DNA from: Fistulifera solaris
Lineage: Eukaryota
Reading direction: 5' to 3'
NCBI GenBank assembly: GCA_030295235.1
Contig: AP026127.1
Span: forward strand, 744,001 to 808,000
Length of the DNA stretch: 64,000 nucleotides
Made by a program: the position numbers and the translations under genes. How positions within the stretch are numbered: the first letter of the stretch is position 1; the number at the start of each line of letters is the position of its first letter. The notes under the pieces were generated by a model, which saw only the letters and a program-made list of their open reading frames with translations, had not been told where the DNA came from and made no database searches. Below, in pieces: positions 23,701-36,477 of the stretch.

Positions 23701-25324
23701 GGAACACTCAGTGCTTGTTTGGCTTGAACACTCATTTCGATCATTCTCAGAGACCACTCATCTTTCAGTTGCGTGTGAGTTTGTATTCTTGATTGTTCGC
23801 TCTAAAGCAATTATATTTGATGGATTGGTTGTGTTCGCAAAACTTCACTTTGTCGCGTGTCAGCGCATCGCGCTCAAAGATTTTGTCTGGTCGTCCGCAA
23901 CGCTAGTCTCTCTAGGCTATGTTATTCTTGAAGTGACGTGAAAACAAAAAAGCGCGACTGTCGTACAGTATTATTGAGTCCTAAGTTCATGTGACTCAGA
24001 TCAGCGCTTGTTATTTCTCGAGTTTTGTTGAGCAACGACCAAGACTGGATTTCGGGATGATTCGGTCAGGGAGTGATACGGACTTATTGGAATTCGATAT
24101 GTCAATGCTGCGAGATGCGAGATGCAAGATGCAAGATGCGTTTCACGTTTCCATTTTCTGTTGACAATAGACTAGGTCTACGGTCTACGGTCTACGGGAA
24201 CGGGATACATGCAGCTGTGACATCTTACTACTTATCTCCGATTTCGTGATTTCCTTTCCCAATGCCTGTAGGAGATCGACGAAAGGTTTTTTCGGCTAGA
24301 GTAGTTTTGCAGCTTAATTGTCTAAGGCTAAGGTCGTTTTATCGTTTTGACATCTACTGTAGTTCGAATAAAGACGGGATCCATTTTCTCAAGAAAAAAA
24401 CTCGGAAACAGTTGACGTCGCAACACAATCAAAGATCCTAAGCTCTTGTCTGTCGTTAGTTGATAGGCTTAGCCTCTCTTGCCTTCCTCTCCCGCAATCG
24501 TATCAGTAGCAACCAAGGTTTCGCGACTGTTATCGATTGGGAGCACTGCTATGATTACATCACATTGACCAGCTGTGCTTGTTATCTTTGTTTTATTAAA
24601 TTGAAGGTACCTTGTTGCAAATGCAACTCTGAATGGGGTACCCTCTAATAGTTACTGCGACGAAGAAGGATTTTTACAAAAAGGAAGTGACAACTACTAC
24701 CGACAGGATCAGCAGTGCATCGCGATCTGTCTTTCACGCATGTTGTAAACGTCATGTTATTTCAATGAAATGGATCTTAGATGTTATTAACAAGGCAGTC
24801 TACTAACAGGAGTTCACAAGTCAACAAGTGCAAGCGACATCATCACGCGCGGAGTTATTCGAAAAAGTGGCCGAAAGCGCTTCCTGTCGCTTTCATGCAC
24901 AGCAACGGATTTTTTTGTCAGGCATCACAAATCAAAAGCTTCTCCGAGCTTTTCGAGTCCCAGAGTTTCTCGGTACTTAAGCTCGAATTGGCATTTATAG
25001 GTTCTGTTTCGGAAGGAAAGAACTATGAATTATGTCCGTCCCCAACTACTAAGGCGAAAAATGTAATAAGATACGTATTGTAAGGTATTTCTTGTGTACT
25101 CGCTAATGGGAATCGGAGACATCATGACCTATAGCATGGAAGAACGCACGACGCCCTTGATTGCCCTCATCGTCAACATTCAACTGCGAGAACTGTCAGT
25201 CCGCTCAGCACCAGCGGCAACAAGCAACAACAAAACTCAATGGAAGCACATACTCCCTAATTCCTTGCGCCCTAAGGCCTTTGAACTTAGAATCAGTCCG
25301 CTCGTTTCAGCAGCGGTGACGAAC

Positions 25325-26184
25325 ATGAAGCGATCGGCGAAGAAAATAGATGCATCAGACGGCGACAGTTCAGAAGAACGAGCCGACGATAGGCTACAGC
25401 AAAACCATCCGCAGCGCGGCAGCGCCATGCCATTCTACCAGGTGTTGACTACGCCGATGCAGCTCAACGATTACTTGTTTCCTTTAGTTAATAGCCAGTT
25501 AGTTGCATCACGACATCACAGCGCAGTGAATAATTCTAATGCAGGCAATTGGCTCGCTTCTAATACTGCCGCAGTATATTCACCGCAGGTCGCGAGCATC
25601 GACACTGCGTTGCGCGCAAATATGGTGTCTTCTGCACCGACATCATCCTATCACGCTCAGTCGAATAAAGCAAGTCGCCAAGCAGAAGAGTCATCAGTCG
25701 CACTGATAAAGCCTACGGAACGTTCGCTTTCCAGACCCACGCCAGTCAAGCCGAAGCGTCCTCTGTCTGCGTACAATGTCTTTTCCGGGAAGAGCGTGCG
25801 AAAATAATAGAAGAAAGAGAAGGCTTGGAGAAACAGGATTTGTCAGGCAACTCGTCACCCAACAAGAAGCAGCGTTATCAACCGAATGGAACCGGCTTCG
25901 AAGACTTAGCCAAAGAAATCAGCAGAAGATGGAAGGCGGTCGACAGTAAGCGTCTTTCCGAATGCACCCGGCTTGCGGAAGCCGATACGGAAAGATATCA
26001 TAAAGAGCTGGCAGAGTACAATGAACTGAGAGAAGAGAGGCTATCAGCGAAGCAGCTCGCTCAAGTAGCCTCAGTGTCCGAAGAGACATGGAAAAACTAT
26101 CTCGCTAACGCAGAGAAGCAAAAGCCACCGCGGAAGCGGTCAAGGAAAGGAAAAGATAACAAGAAGACGGATAGTAGCGTGTAA
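25325..26184 (+). CDS. HMG-box protein, paralog 2; frameshift ~25785
   Basis: KPKRPLSAYNVF[F]REERAKI joins KQRYQPNGTGFEDLAKEISRRWK...ADTERYHKEL across a T-run frameshift. Confidence 0.88.
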
Positions 26185-27764
26185 GTCGAGGCAAGATGCG
26201 AATTTCGTAACGCTGATAACTTGTTTACTTCGCTCACCAAAGGCGGGGTAAAAATTGAGTCAAAGATCTGAGACAAGTGAGGTTGAAGAGGTGTTCATCG
26301 ATGATTGTGAAGCCCTCGCGATAGTTCGTTGATACGCTCAGAATCGAAACGGCGTAACAAGCAGGTGATTTGGTTTACAAATGTGCTATCCATGGTGCGC
26401 TCATGGGTAAGCTGAGACGAACAACAAGATATACCCTCGTTAATTTTGCAATTGAGTGACGGGTTGTTATTGCGGTGCTCTGCTTGATAACATGAAAAGT
26501 GCAGCAACCGAACCAACGAGCCAACGAGTGCAACCATCGAGTGTGTATTGCGAAGATCGTAAGGTTTACGGTGTGTGTCTTCATTCAGGCGTCATGCGTC
26601 ATGGCGCGGTACACGGTATAAAGCTGCGTGCAGTTTTTCAGTTTTCTGTGTTCCGGATACATACTGTGAAATGCTATAGTCTTTGTAGCCATCGTCTTTT
26701 CGCGCTTGGGGTCGATTTTCAATCACTTTTTGTTTTTTCAAGAACACAAACGTTGGGGCGACATCACGCCAAGGTCGCATGTCACTTTTTCTCTTCCTTG
26801 CAAAAGCTGAGTGTTCTCTACTCGCAACACCTCACCAGGGGTTACTTTTTCTTTCAAAGCGTGACTTCGATGTACGTAACTTGTTCAAGGGCAAATACTG
26901 GCAAATTCTGGAAACCATTCCCTTTTATTCTTTCGGTGTAAATGTAATTCTTATAGCAATCGAAATGCAGAACAGTAGAATTTGCGCTAAAAGGTCCGAC
27001 AGATGCTTCATGCTTTATGAAGGCAGGCAATCAAATTCATACGGTTTTTGATGTATTGAAATCGATCTCTTAAGAGAAACTGTCGAGTGCTGTCAGTTTG
27101 GTAGTCAAGTATGAAGACTTTGGGTGCCAACGACTTCAGTCCATAACGAGAATGGAATTTTTAATCAATTTGTTTCATTCCAGAGATTAACTAGAGGTAT
27201 CGAGCCCTAGCCCTGCTTCATGCTAGCCTGCAGCCATCGGTCGTGGGCTTTCTTAGTCTAGAGTGGTACCGGTACCGGTACCATGTTAACCTCGACCCAA
27301 AAATCTTTTCTCGTGACGACTTAGCTGTATGCCTTTTACCGCCCTAGCTAAAGAAAGCCGGTTTCTGTCTACTAAGGGGTCTAGTCTAGAGCTAGAAGGT
27401 CTGGTTTTTGCATTGGCTGGGACTGGGAGCTGGAAAGTAAGAAACGGATGTTTTATGTTGTCGGTTGTAGGTTGTGAAGGATGTACGATGTGGGATCCAA
27501 AAAGGTTTACTGACGAATAAAATGTCATATGATACTACGAAAGACCGTTTTGTCGCCTATGTAGACTTTTTTGAAAAAAGTCCGAAGCTTGGATCCTACA
27601 TCTGGCTTCAACCTTCGTCGAAGCGTATCACCAATCACCAGCAAAACCGGATCTGAGGCAAACGGAAAAATTAGGACATGAAAGCATCAGTTGGCCCGGA
27701 ACAAAGATAGGAATCAAGAATGCTCGACAGATGTAGCTTTGAGGGTGTGTGTGCAGCAACAATC

Positions 27765-28906
27765 ATGAGCCAAGCGGATGACAACAAAAGGTCTTTGGGA
27801 GCAGACAGCGTTGCGCGGAAACGCGAATGCAAACGTATGCAAGACTACCTTCGACATCAAACCATCGTTGCACAGGCCGTTGAACACGAACTTGTGTCAT
27901 TTCCATCAATGACACAAGTTCCCTCTCGTTTTAACCAACATCGCTTGTCGGCACTGAACTTTTCAAAAAGCGACAGCGCATCATTGCAACAGCTTGAGCC
28001 TCGAACAAGTTCAATTGATTCACACGATCGAGCTTCATTTTCCGGTGTGACTGGAGCATCTATCCTTGAGCACCATATCCAACGTAACCAAACTAGAGAC
28101 GTCGACCACATGTTGCGAAGGGACTCGGCGTCAATTTACAGCTCGGTTCTGACTACAGATACAAAAGCTATCGACAAACGGGTGAGTCTCTCCACGGAAG
28201 GAAACACCAGCGGCGACCACCAAACTTCTTCCGATTCAAAACCTCCCCCTTTGTCGTCAGCCGCCTCAGCCATTGGCAGCCCGTCAAATCGATCTGCTGC
28301 AAGTAGTGATTCGCCGCGATACCATTCCGAGTCAAAACTTGCCAAGCCGAAACGTCCTCTATCAGCTTACAACGTCTTCTTCCAAGAAGAGCGCGCAAAA
28401 ATCATTGCCGAACACGAAGGCACTCATCCCGCTTCTCCTCCGGAATCGCCGTCTACACGAAAGCAACGATATCGACCCAACGGAACTGGGTTTGAGGATC
28501 TCGCGAAAGAAATCAGCAAACGATGGAAACGTGTCGGAAAAGAGCGCTTAGAAGAATGTACTCAGCGCGCGAACGCCGATATGGTACGATATCAAACCGA
28601 GCTGGCTCTGTATAGCGAGCAAGGGAGGCACGCCTGTCGGCGAAACAGCGTGCTCAAGTAGCCACGGTATCCGAAGAGACTTGGGCGCAGTATTTTGCCT
28701 CTGCCGAAAGTCAAAAGCCTCCCCGGAAGAGAAAGTCAAAAAAGGATCTCACCAAAATCCTTAAGAGGACTGTATACATCTTGAGGCCATCAAGTGATGA
28801 GAGCGTATTACCCCTGCGCTTTAAAAAAAGACTTTGGCCGTTTTGTGATGATGAAGATTTTTCTGCCAAAAGCGTTTTGGCAACCATAGTTTCCACTGCT
28901 CTTTGA
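27765..28906 (+). CDS. HMG-box protein, paralog 3; frameshift ~28622, 3' end uncertain (28764 or 28906)
   Basis: KPKRPLSAYNVFFQEERAKI...KQRYRPNGTGFEDLAKEISKRWK. The shifted frame gives REARLSAKQRAQVATVSEETW..QKPPRKRK, as in the paralogs. Confidence 0.85.
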
Positions 28907-29405
28907 TCAAAATTTCATCTTTGTTGAGAACTGTTTTTCTAACCAAGCGCTTCTACCCGCGTAGCCTAAATTCAGCCTATGTTCAAATAATATTTGCTAG
29001 AAACATGATCATTGTCAAATACTAGTCTAATACGGAGTAATAAGGATCATTCAATAAGGCGAGTGCATTCATAGCAAATAGTAACACTTCACCATCGCTT
29101 CTGCTCTCTGCTCTGCGCGTGGAAATCGTGTTGGCGCGTGTCGTATACTTTCTACATTATAGTAAAAGCGTCCGTCTGCTCAACGGAGATTCTTGGCTAT
29201 GCGCAAAACTCCTCCGAGTACCGCATATCGCCGAAGCGACTTCAAACCCTTGCAACTTCATTCCGATCCGAAGCCAAAGAAGGTTTTGTTCGCGTGTCAA
29301 TGTCCTCATCCTACGGTACCTGGTATCAATTTGTCCCAGTTGGCGTGTCGAAGAATGATCTACCGAAGAGGCTATTTATAGGAGCTTGGTACAGCAAAGG
29401 CGGGC

Positions 29406-31321
29406 ATGAGTCGCCAAGCCCTCTGGTCGAAGAAAATCACATTTGCTCTAACCAGTGCTAGCATTGCGTTTTTCGCCGTCAGTTTACATTGTGGGAAACG
29501 ACATATCCGGCAACTCCGAAATTTACAGACAACAAAAGATGAATTCGTGGATAATCTGAGAAGTTTCTCGACTTTGGAGCGAGAGATGGGCGGCATCTCT
29601 CTGCGGCATGCCCCATTGGCTACTTTCATTTCTACTGGGACAGAGGACTGGATGTCTTTCCTAGATGACAGTACTCCTCTTTCTCAAATTTCAATACCTG
29701 GTACACACGATAGTGCGGCCGCCATTGGGCGGCCGCTTTGCGATACGCAGAATTGGAACCTCTTGGATCAGTTACGAAGTGGAGTACGCTATCTAGACAT
29801 CCGTTGCCGTCCTGTGGACAACTATTTCAACATTCATCACGGCATATGCTTCCTTCATCAACGATTTGATGATGTTTTGAAAGTGGTTTCCGCTTTTCTT
29901 TCGGATCACCCAGGCGAGACCCTTATAATGCGAGTATCCAGTGCATTCCGGCCTTCTCACGACGCACAAAGCTTCGAGCAGATATGGAATAGATACATGC
30001 TAGATCCTACCTATGGAGCGATGTTTGTGCCCAATTTAAGCAGTATCCCTACACTGGGTGAAGTACGAGGGCGAATTATTGTTGTCAGCAATGATCTAGG
30101 ACCCCGTTCGAATTTTGGATATCAGTTTTTGGAGGATCATTCACGAGTATTCAGGACGAGTTCGAGATCGACAGTGATGAGAAAGTCGCTGAAAAAGTCG
30201 AGCTTGTTTTCACTCAAATGGAGAATGCCCCGCTTCAGCCGGGAAGGCTTACCTTTAATCACTTGAGTGGAACTGGACTTCCTGATTTACGTTATACTCC
30301 AGAAGATGTGGCAGTGACGACCAATAATGCTGCCTACGATCTCATCGGCTTTGGTGACTTTAAGCGGTTGAATGGAATTTCAATTGCAGACTATCCAGGC
30401 GAGGGACTCATTAGTCGAATCATTCTAAGCAATTTTGGAGAAGAGCTGGAAAACAAGCTCAGGACTCAGAATCAATTTCAACTATTTTCTACGACGAATT
30501 GCGAAGAAGGGAAACAAGTTGGGTACCTAGATTACCCCTACCCGGGAGGATCGGTCACTACACGCTTGTCGGATGAATTTGATGCAGAAGACAATTCAGC
30601 GAGATCCGTGCTTCTTTCCGGGCCGGTGGAAGCAGGGACTAGGATTTTTGTTGGTGGGCTGTCCGACCTACTGGGGAAAAGCGATAGTACAATCATAACC
30701 GTCGTTGAAGATGTTCTGGAAGGGGGTTCCATTTGCATTGAAAATCTCAGGAAATCAACGGTTGAAAGTCAATTCGTGCAAACATACCAAGAGTTTGCTG
30801 AAAGAAAAACGAATCTTCCGTCTTCTGTCCGAGTGGAAAGACCAACCGATGAATACAAGGCGTTTGCTGTCACATTAACGAGGGAACTGCACTGGACGGG
30901 ACGATTTTGTGCCGGAAAATCCTCTGAGGGTGCCCGGGGAGGTCCCGTCATTGGCATTCTGCGATCTCACATCAAAGGTTGCCAGTCATTAGCGCAGTCC
31001 AAGACAAAAATTTGTGCTGGAGAGTCGTCGTATTGGACCACTTTCGTTTCGCTCCTACGCAAGTCGAACCAGTGTCGAAAGGGATACTACGTTGGACAAA
31101 CAAAATGCTTAGGACTAAGGTGCTCGCGAATGATGATTCGGTGCTACAAAACATCAAGCTTGTGCTCACTCGACGCCAACGGACCAACATCAGTGCGTAA
31201 GCTTCGTTATGGTGACGAAGGTTTCTGCCCCTTTGGAAGCATCCTAACTGGCGTAGAGTGTCAACGACCTGCCTGCACTGTCCTCACCGCTTATTGCACA
31301 AAACTGACTTATACTCTCTAA
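29406..31321 (+). CDS. Bacterial-type phosphatidylinositol-specific phospholipase C (PLC-X domain) with C-terminal accessory and Cys-rich domains; frameshift ~30125
   Basis: DWMSFLDDSTPLSQISIPGTHDS, TQNWNLLDQLRSGVRYLDIRCR, IHHG, FLSDHPGETLIMRV, IPTLGEVRGRI, TFNHLSG, GISIADYPG. N-terminal hydrophobic anchor. Confidence 0.85.
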
Positions 31322-31358
31322 TATTTGAAACTAATTTACAAGATAGAACTAATGTTCC

Positions 31359-32593
31359 TCAAATATCAGGTGCGGCAATCACACTATCCACCCAGTACTC
31401 CTCCCTCTTTTTCTTTCGTGATCTTGTCGAGCGCTGTTTTGTTTTCCTCTCTGACACTTCTGTCCACGCATTTAAGTGTCGCTCTGCGGGATATAAGCCA
31501 GCCCCCGTCATATTCTGCAATGCTTCGACTGCACCGGTCCAGTTCCCCACAGAAACGGCTCCTTGCACCAACAGTGCGTACGATGCTTTGTCTTTCGCTC
31601 CAACATCATGAACATTAAATTGATCCTCTCCATTTTCCGGTTCGGGACCGCGCGATCTTTCTGTCAGATTGTCAGAGAGCAAGAGTGCAGCTTCCTGGTA
31701 AAGTCCCAACGATTGATACACTGCGGCGATCGGATTCAAATGCCGCGAAACTAATGGAATACGGTCTGGCAATTGCTTTACCGCTTGCACCGCCACATCC
31801 AAGGGCTCCCTTCGACTGACTATCGACAAATGCTTCTTGTCCCGTGCCGCGCGAACACAGGCCCTCATTAAGCTCATAATCATCGTGTCCGTGATAAAAA
31901 CCGTAGGTTCGTATTTTCTCCGGGATCGTCGACTTTGGGAAGCCGATTCTGCACTCATTCGGTCCAACCATTTCTTTTCTTTACGTTGTACTTCGTTGTA
32001 GATTTCCAGTGCCTTCTCCCATTCTCCCAGCTTGGAGCATGCCACTAATGCCCCTTCGTAGTGGATGTTTGTTCGTTCGACTCTTCCTGTACTGCTACTA
32101 GTAGTGTTACTAGGCATCATCATGCGATCGTACGAGCGCAACGCATATCTCCACATGGCCGGCTGTGCCGACTTTCGTGCATTCTTCCAGATGGTCCCCG
32201 CATATCCTTGAGGATCCATGGGTGGAGGTTGCGTGCGAAAATTGGGATTGTACGGAGAAATGCCTCGAACGGGGTGCCATCGCGGCAGAAATGTCGAATC
32301 GGAGGACGGATCACTGGAAAAGAACGTCGGGCCATTTCAAATATCATGGCGGTTCCGCCATTCAATGTTTTGACTAAATCACCACGGCGAGTCGGTCCTT
32401 CGTCTTGTTGATTGTTGGACGTGCCTAACCGAACGGACGCTCTCCTGTCGTCAGGAAAAGTTCGATAACGAAACACATGTTCTTTAGGAGCTAATGCAAA
32501 CGCGTACCACCATCTGTTTGGTAATTGATTCAGAAATAGGACCAGAAATGGTATCACAACGAAGGGACGGCGTATTATTTGTTGCCTCGTCAT
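31359..32593 (-). CDS. Pentatricopeptide-repeat (PPR)-like protein, probably plastid-targeted; frameshift ~32260
   Basis: YEGALVACSKLGEWEKALEIYNEV and SYALLVQGAVSVGNWTGAVEALQNMTGAGLYP helical repeats; signal peptide ending YA-FALAP. Confidence 0.7.
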
Positions 32594-33009
32594 CGTTCGA
32601 ACCTACGTATAGAAAGGTTGGGAGTCGATGAAAATGTAATGACAAAAGAAGCAACAACCAGCCTGAACCAGCTGATGTCTTGCAGATATCAGAGGATAAT
32701 AAATGCTGCTTGATGTGAATTATAGGTCTAGTCTAGTATACATTGCATTAATGAACATCGTTGTTATTGAGGTGGTGGTGCCGGGTGGTGCAGTTCTGCG
32801 AGCTGACGCAATCAAAAATTTGATGCGTGAATCACCAAAATGCAGTCACGGTAGTGTTCGTCTACACAATTAGTTTATTGTGGCTACAATGGGAAGAAAA
32901 AAGCAAGACTTTCGAAATAAGGATCCAACTCGTACCTTGCTAAACCAGCCGACCGTAATTGACTCTTGCTAGAGGAAATAGAATTCACGTTAAATTATAG
33001 CGTCCTAGT

Positions 33010-33735
33010 CTAGCTCAAACAAAAACGGTTCCTGAGTGAAGTAATGCAGCCATGACCTCCTAGAACCAACACTTTGGCATATAGTAAAACGAAAGAAAAC
33101 CTTTTGCTAGGCTTTTCGCCAAAAAGAATCCAGGCGTGTATTACAAATAAAGCTGAAAGGTAACTTTGATATGTTAAAAGCCATTGTAGCATAACAAGCA
33201 TGCAGAACCAACAAAAGCTGGGTATAGAAATCGGGCTCGAAAGAAAAACGGTGCAGTCGTGGCCTCCGTAAACCAACACTTTGGCGTATAGTAAATCGAA
33301 AGAACGAATGAATCGCAACATTTTCCGACAAAAAGAATCGAGACGTGTATTGCAAATGAAGCTGAAGGTAAGTTTATCTTTGCAGTAGCTCTTGTAGAAT
33401 ATGCAGAACAAACAAAAGCTAAGGTAGAAGTCGGGCTCAGCCGAATAATGATCCGTGACTGCAAATTAGTCGTGGCAAAAACGGAAAACACTTTAGTCGA
33501 TAGTGCGGAGTGGAGTAGTTACGAGAGACAAAACGTTTCGCAAGGCATTCCCAGGAGAAAACATCGTGGCGGGTAATCAAATAACGATGACGAAAATATT
33601 ATCGTGTTAAAATCGACTGTAGCCTGAAAATTGCAAAACAAACGGTTATTGTAGGTGGCAATCGGGCTAGCATTTTTATTCATGACTGAAATTCAGTCTT
33701 GGAAAAAGGTCATTTACACTTTGCAGTCATAGTAC
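33010..33735. repeat. Degenerate tandem array, ~205-230 bp unit, ~3.5 copies
   Basis: ACCAACACTTTGGC at 33065 and 33272, with decayed versions at ~33487 and ~33715. TCGGGCT recurs at ~33231, 33431 and 33662; AAAAGAATC...CGTGTATT.CAAAT.AAGCTGAA twice. Confidence 0.75.
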
Positions 33736-34860
33736 CCTTGTCCGTTGAGAAGGCGACAGATGAGAATTTTTCGAAAGGGTGCGAACTTCCGAAAGAATTC
33801 TCATCCCCGACTTGACACCCTTTTCTACGTAGAGGCCAGTAGCTTTTTTACGTGACACAATTTGATCAAAATCCAAAAACGCGTCCGCAAGAATGTCTTT
33901 CATAGTTTTTGTTTGCATTTGATCGACATGAAAGTTTTGAAAATTGACATCCGCACCATGCTATCACACACTATTCTATTCCAATGATGACTCCGTCATG
34001 CGAGGCGTTACACGTTGAGATCGGCGGAAGATTCTCCAGCGATCGGTAGGTCCGAGATCTTCCTTTTGCCTCCTCGTGATCCTTTCCACGGACGGCTTTC
34101 TTTGTTGAGTTCTATATCATATTTTGTGGGCGCGTTTGCGGTGAATACCTTCCTTGTGAACACTTTTTACAGGCGACTAGTTATTCGAAGAAGTTTATAC
34201 ATTCCAAGTGACATCGATCCTGCAGAGTCTTTTCTACGTTTCAATTCGGCCCATTAGAATTCTTCAGCGATATTACAAGAGACGGTTTCCTTTCTAGTTT
34301 CACGTTCTCATTCTCCAAGATCATAGCCTGTCATCTCTGCTTTTCACCACATTCAATGAACGATCTCTTTCCTCTATTTCCCATATCATGAGTTTCCTCG
34401 ATGCCTTGGTAAGCTTTCACGTTTCATGTCTCGATCACTGACGTTACTACTTTATCAAGTTTCCATGTACGACTATCCCAACTCCCAATACATCATTCCC
34501 ATATCATTACGATCCACATTTCCATTACGCGATTCCACTATACCAACTCAACAAACCGGGAGGGACTTTTAGTCTTTCCCCGCGGTCGGGGCAAAATGCC
34601 TCGATCGTGCCCCAACAATCAACCGGTCAAGAGGCCTTAGGAGCAGTAGAAATAACTAATTTAGGTGACGTTAGTTTCTCAAAATGTAAAGTGTATGTAG
34701 ACGAGTAGCAGTAGACGCAAACTGATTCATAAGTACTCCAAGTAACCGATATCGCACTCCACTAAAGGGTACGCTACGTTCTTACTCCGTATTAACTTAT
34801 CTAACGATAATGTGCAGACGTATTCTAACTATAGCTTGTTCAAAGTGATTATTCATTCTC

Positions 34861-36158
34861 TCAATATCGATCCACGTCGGGAGGAACTTCCACGGGTACG
34901 CGAACGGGGATCATTTGCGGCCGGCGTTGCATATTTTGCAAGCCCACGAGCGCTCCGGAACTGCAACACATCTTTTTAAAGCCAAAATCACAACAGATTT
35001 CCGGGCGATTGCAATCAAAGTTGCTTTCGCAAGTGTCCTTTAACAGATCTCCTCCCATGAGCTTTTCGAAAAAATTCATTGGTTTCGGCTCTTTCTTGGC
35101 CGAGGCAGCGGCAGCGGCTGCTTCCGCGGCGAGTTGTTTTGCTTTTCGTCCATTTCCTTGACTTGCGATTGGAGTTGCAAAAACTCTTCCGGTGTCAAAG
35201 CTTTGAGTCCGAACTTCATTCTTGACTTGTTCTTTGTTTCGAGAGCATCCCAATCGAGACCAGGATACTGCTCGTTAACTACGTGATTCTCTTCATTGTC
35301 ATCGCTCGTTGCTTCAAATGCAAACAAACTAGACGACTGTGGATCCGAAAAGAGTCGAACGTGTTGCTGAAACGGAGTCACCATGTTGAGCGAATCGCCT
35401 TCCGCAAGACGAAATACATGCTCCAAACTATCATCCCGCGAAAAACTCGGAACAGTCACCGTGTGTTGCTGTTTGAGTGCTTCAATCACTCCTTCTTTTG
35501 GCTGTATGGGCATATTGTTCATCAATAAATGCTCAATGCGATGCTGCACGATTTCCCCCGTCACTTGACTGATTTCGTACACGGATATTCCGTCTACGTG
35601 CAACGTCGTTCGACTTCCGCCAAAGATTTCGCGAGGAATCACTTCTGCATTCCAGTGAATACGAATGTTCTGACGTGCCTTATCGAAACACATGCGGAAC
35701 GTTAAGCTCGATCGGGCGGGGCAATAGATAAAGCGCACCAAGGCATGGAGAATGCGAAAGCTGTTTTTGTAAGCCGAAATGCCGTGTACTTTCACTCCAG
35801 AAGGATCCACAACTTCAATATCATTCGAATAAATGTTGAAATTCGGTTGTTTCGTCAAAATGTCGGGATAATCGCTGCGTAATATATCGAGAGCCCGTCC
35901 TACGCGCAATTCAAACTCCTCCTTGTTGCCCTGACACGAGTCGTAACCCTCTTTGGCGAGAGAACGAGCCATGAAGCGGTGGACCGAGGGGGCATAGCGT
36001 GATGATGATGACGACTGATGAAATGCAAATGACGAAGGAACTGTTGCTTGCAAGAGAAGGGTAGCCGAAAGAGCTGCCGTAGCAAATACATAGCACCTTC
36101 GCACGGTGCTTTGCTTTCGTTTCCGGCGATACGACATTGTGTGTGTTCGTTCTTCCAT
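34861..36158 (-). CDS. DUF2358 / SnoaL-like protein with Cys-rich C-tail, likely plastid-targeted; frameshift ~35137
   Basis: LRSDYPDIL...IYSNDIEVVDPSG..VHGISAYK...IRIHWNA...VDGISVYEI...GEIVQHRIE; signal SSFA-FHQ; tail CESNFDCNRPEICCDFGFKKMCC. Confidence 0.75.
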
Positions 36159-36477
36159 GTTCGATGTATTGTTGTTTGTGATCGAAATCCTCTGCAATGA
36201 AGAGTCGTGGCAGTTGAATAAGAATGATTCACTGCTGATGATTGTGAGAGGATCAGCAAACAACTGACACCAATCGTATGCTTTCTTTTTCTCGAAAGAG
36301 AATGCGAAAATGCCTCGGTCGAACAGCATTCGAACCGAAGCGAGAGAGCCGCTCACGTGGCGGAATTTCGGAAGGAAATGGCACGCGGTCCTGCGCGGTC
36401 ATGTCAGACACGCAGCAGCAGCAGCAGCAGCATCCGCATCTTCAATGCTGACTCATCACTCGTGATTCAATGCGTCT

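Noticed and set aside
33010..33491. Hydrophobic ORFs with internal repeats
   Set aside because: They are translations of the degenerate ~210-bp tandem array.
33984..34055. Possible C/D snoRNA (ATGATGA ... CCGA)
   Set aside because: The D box is imperfect, there is no terminal stem, and I recognise no rRNA-complementary guide.
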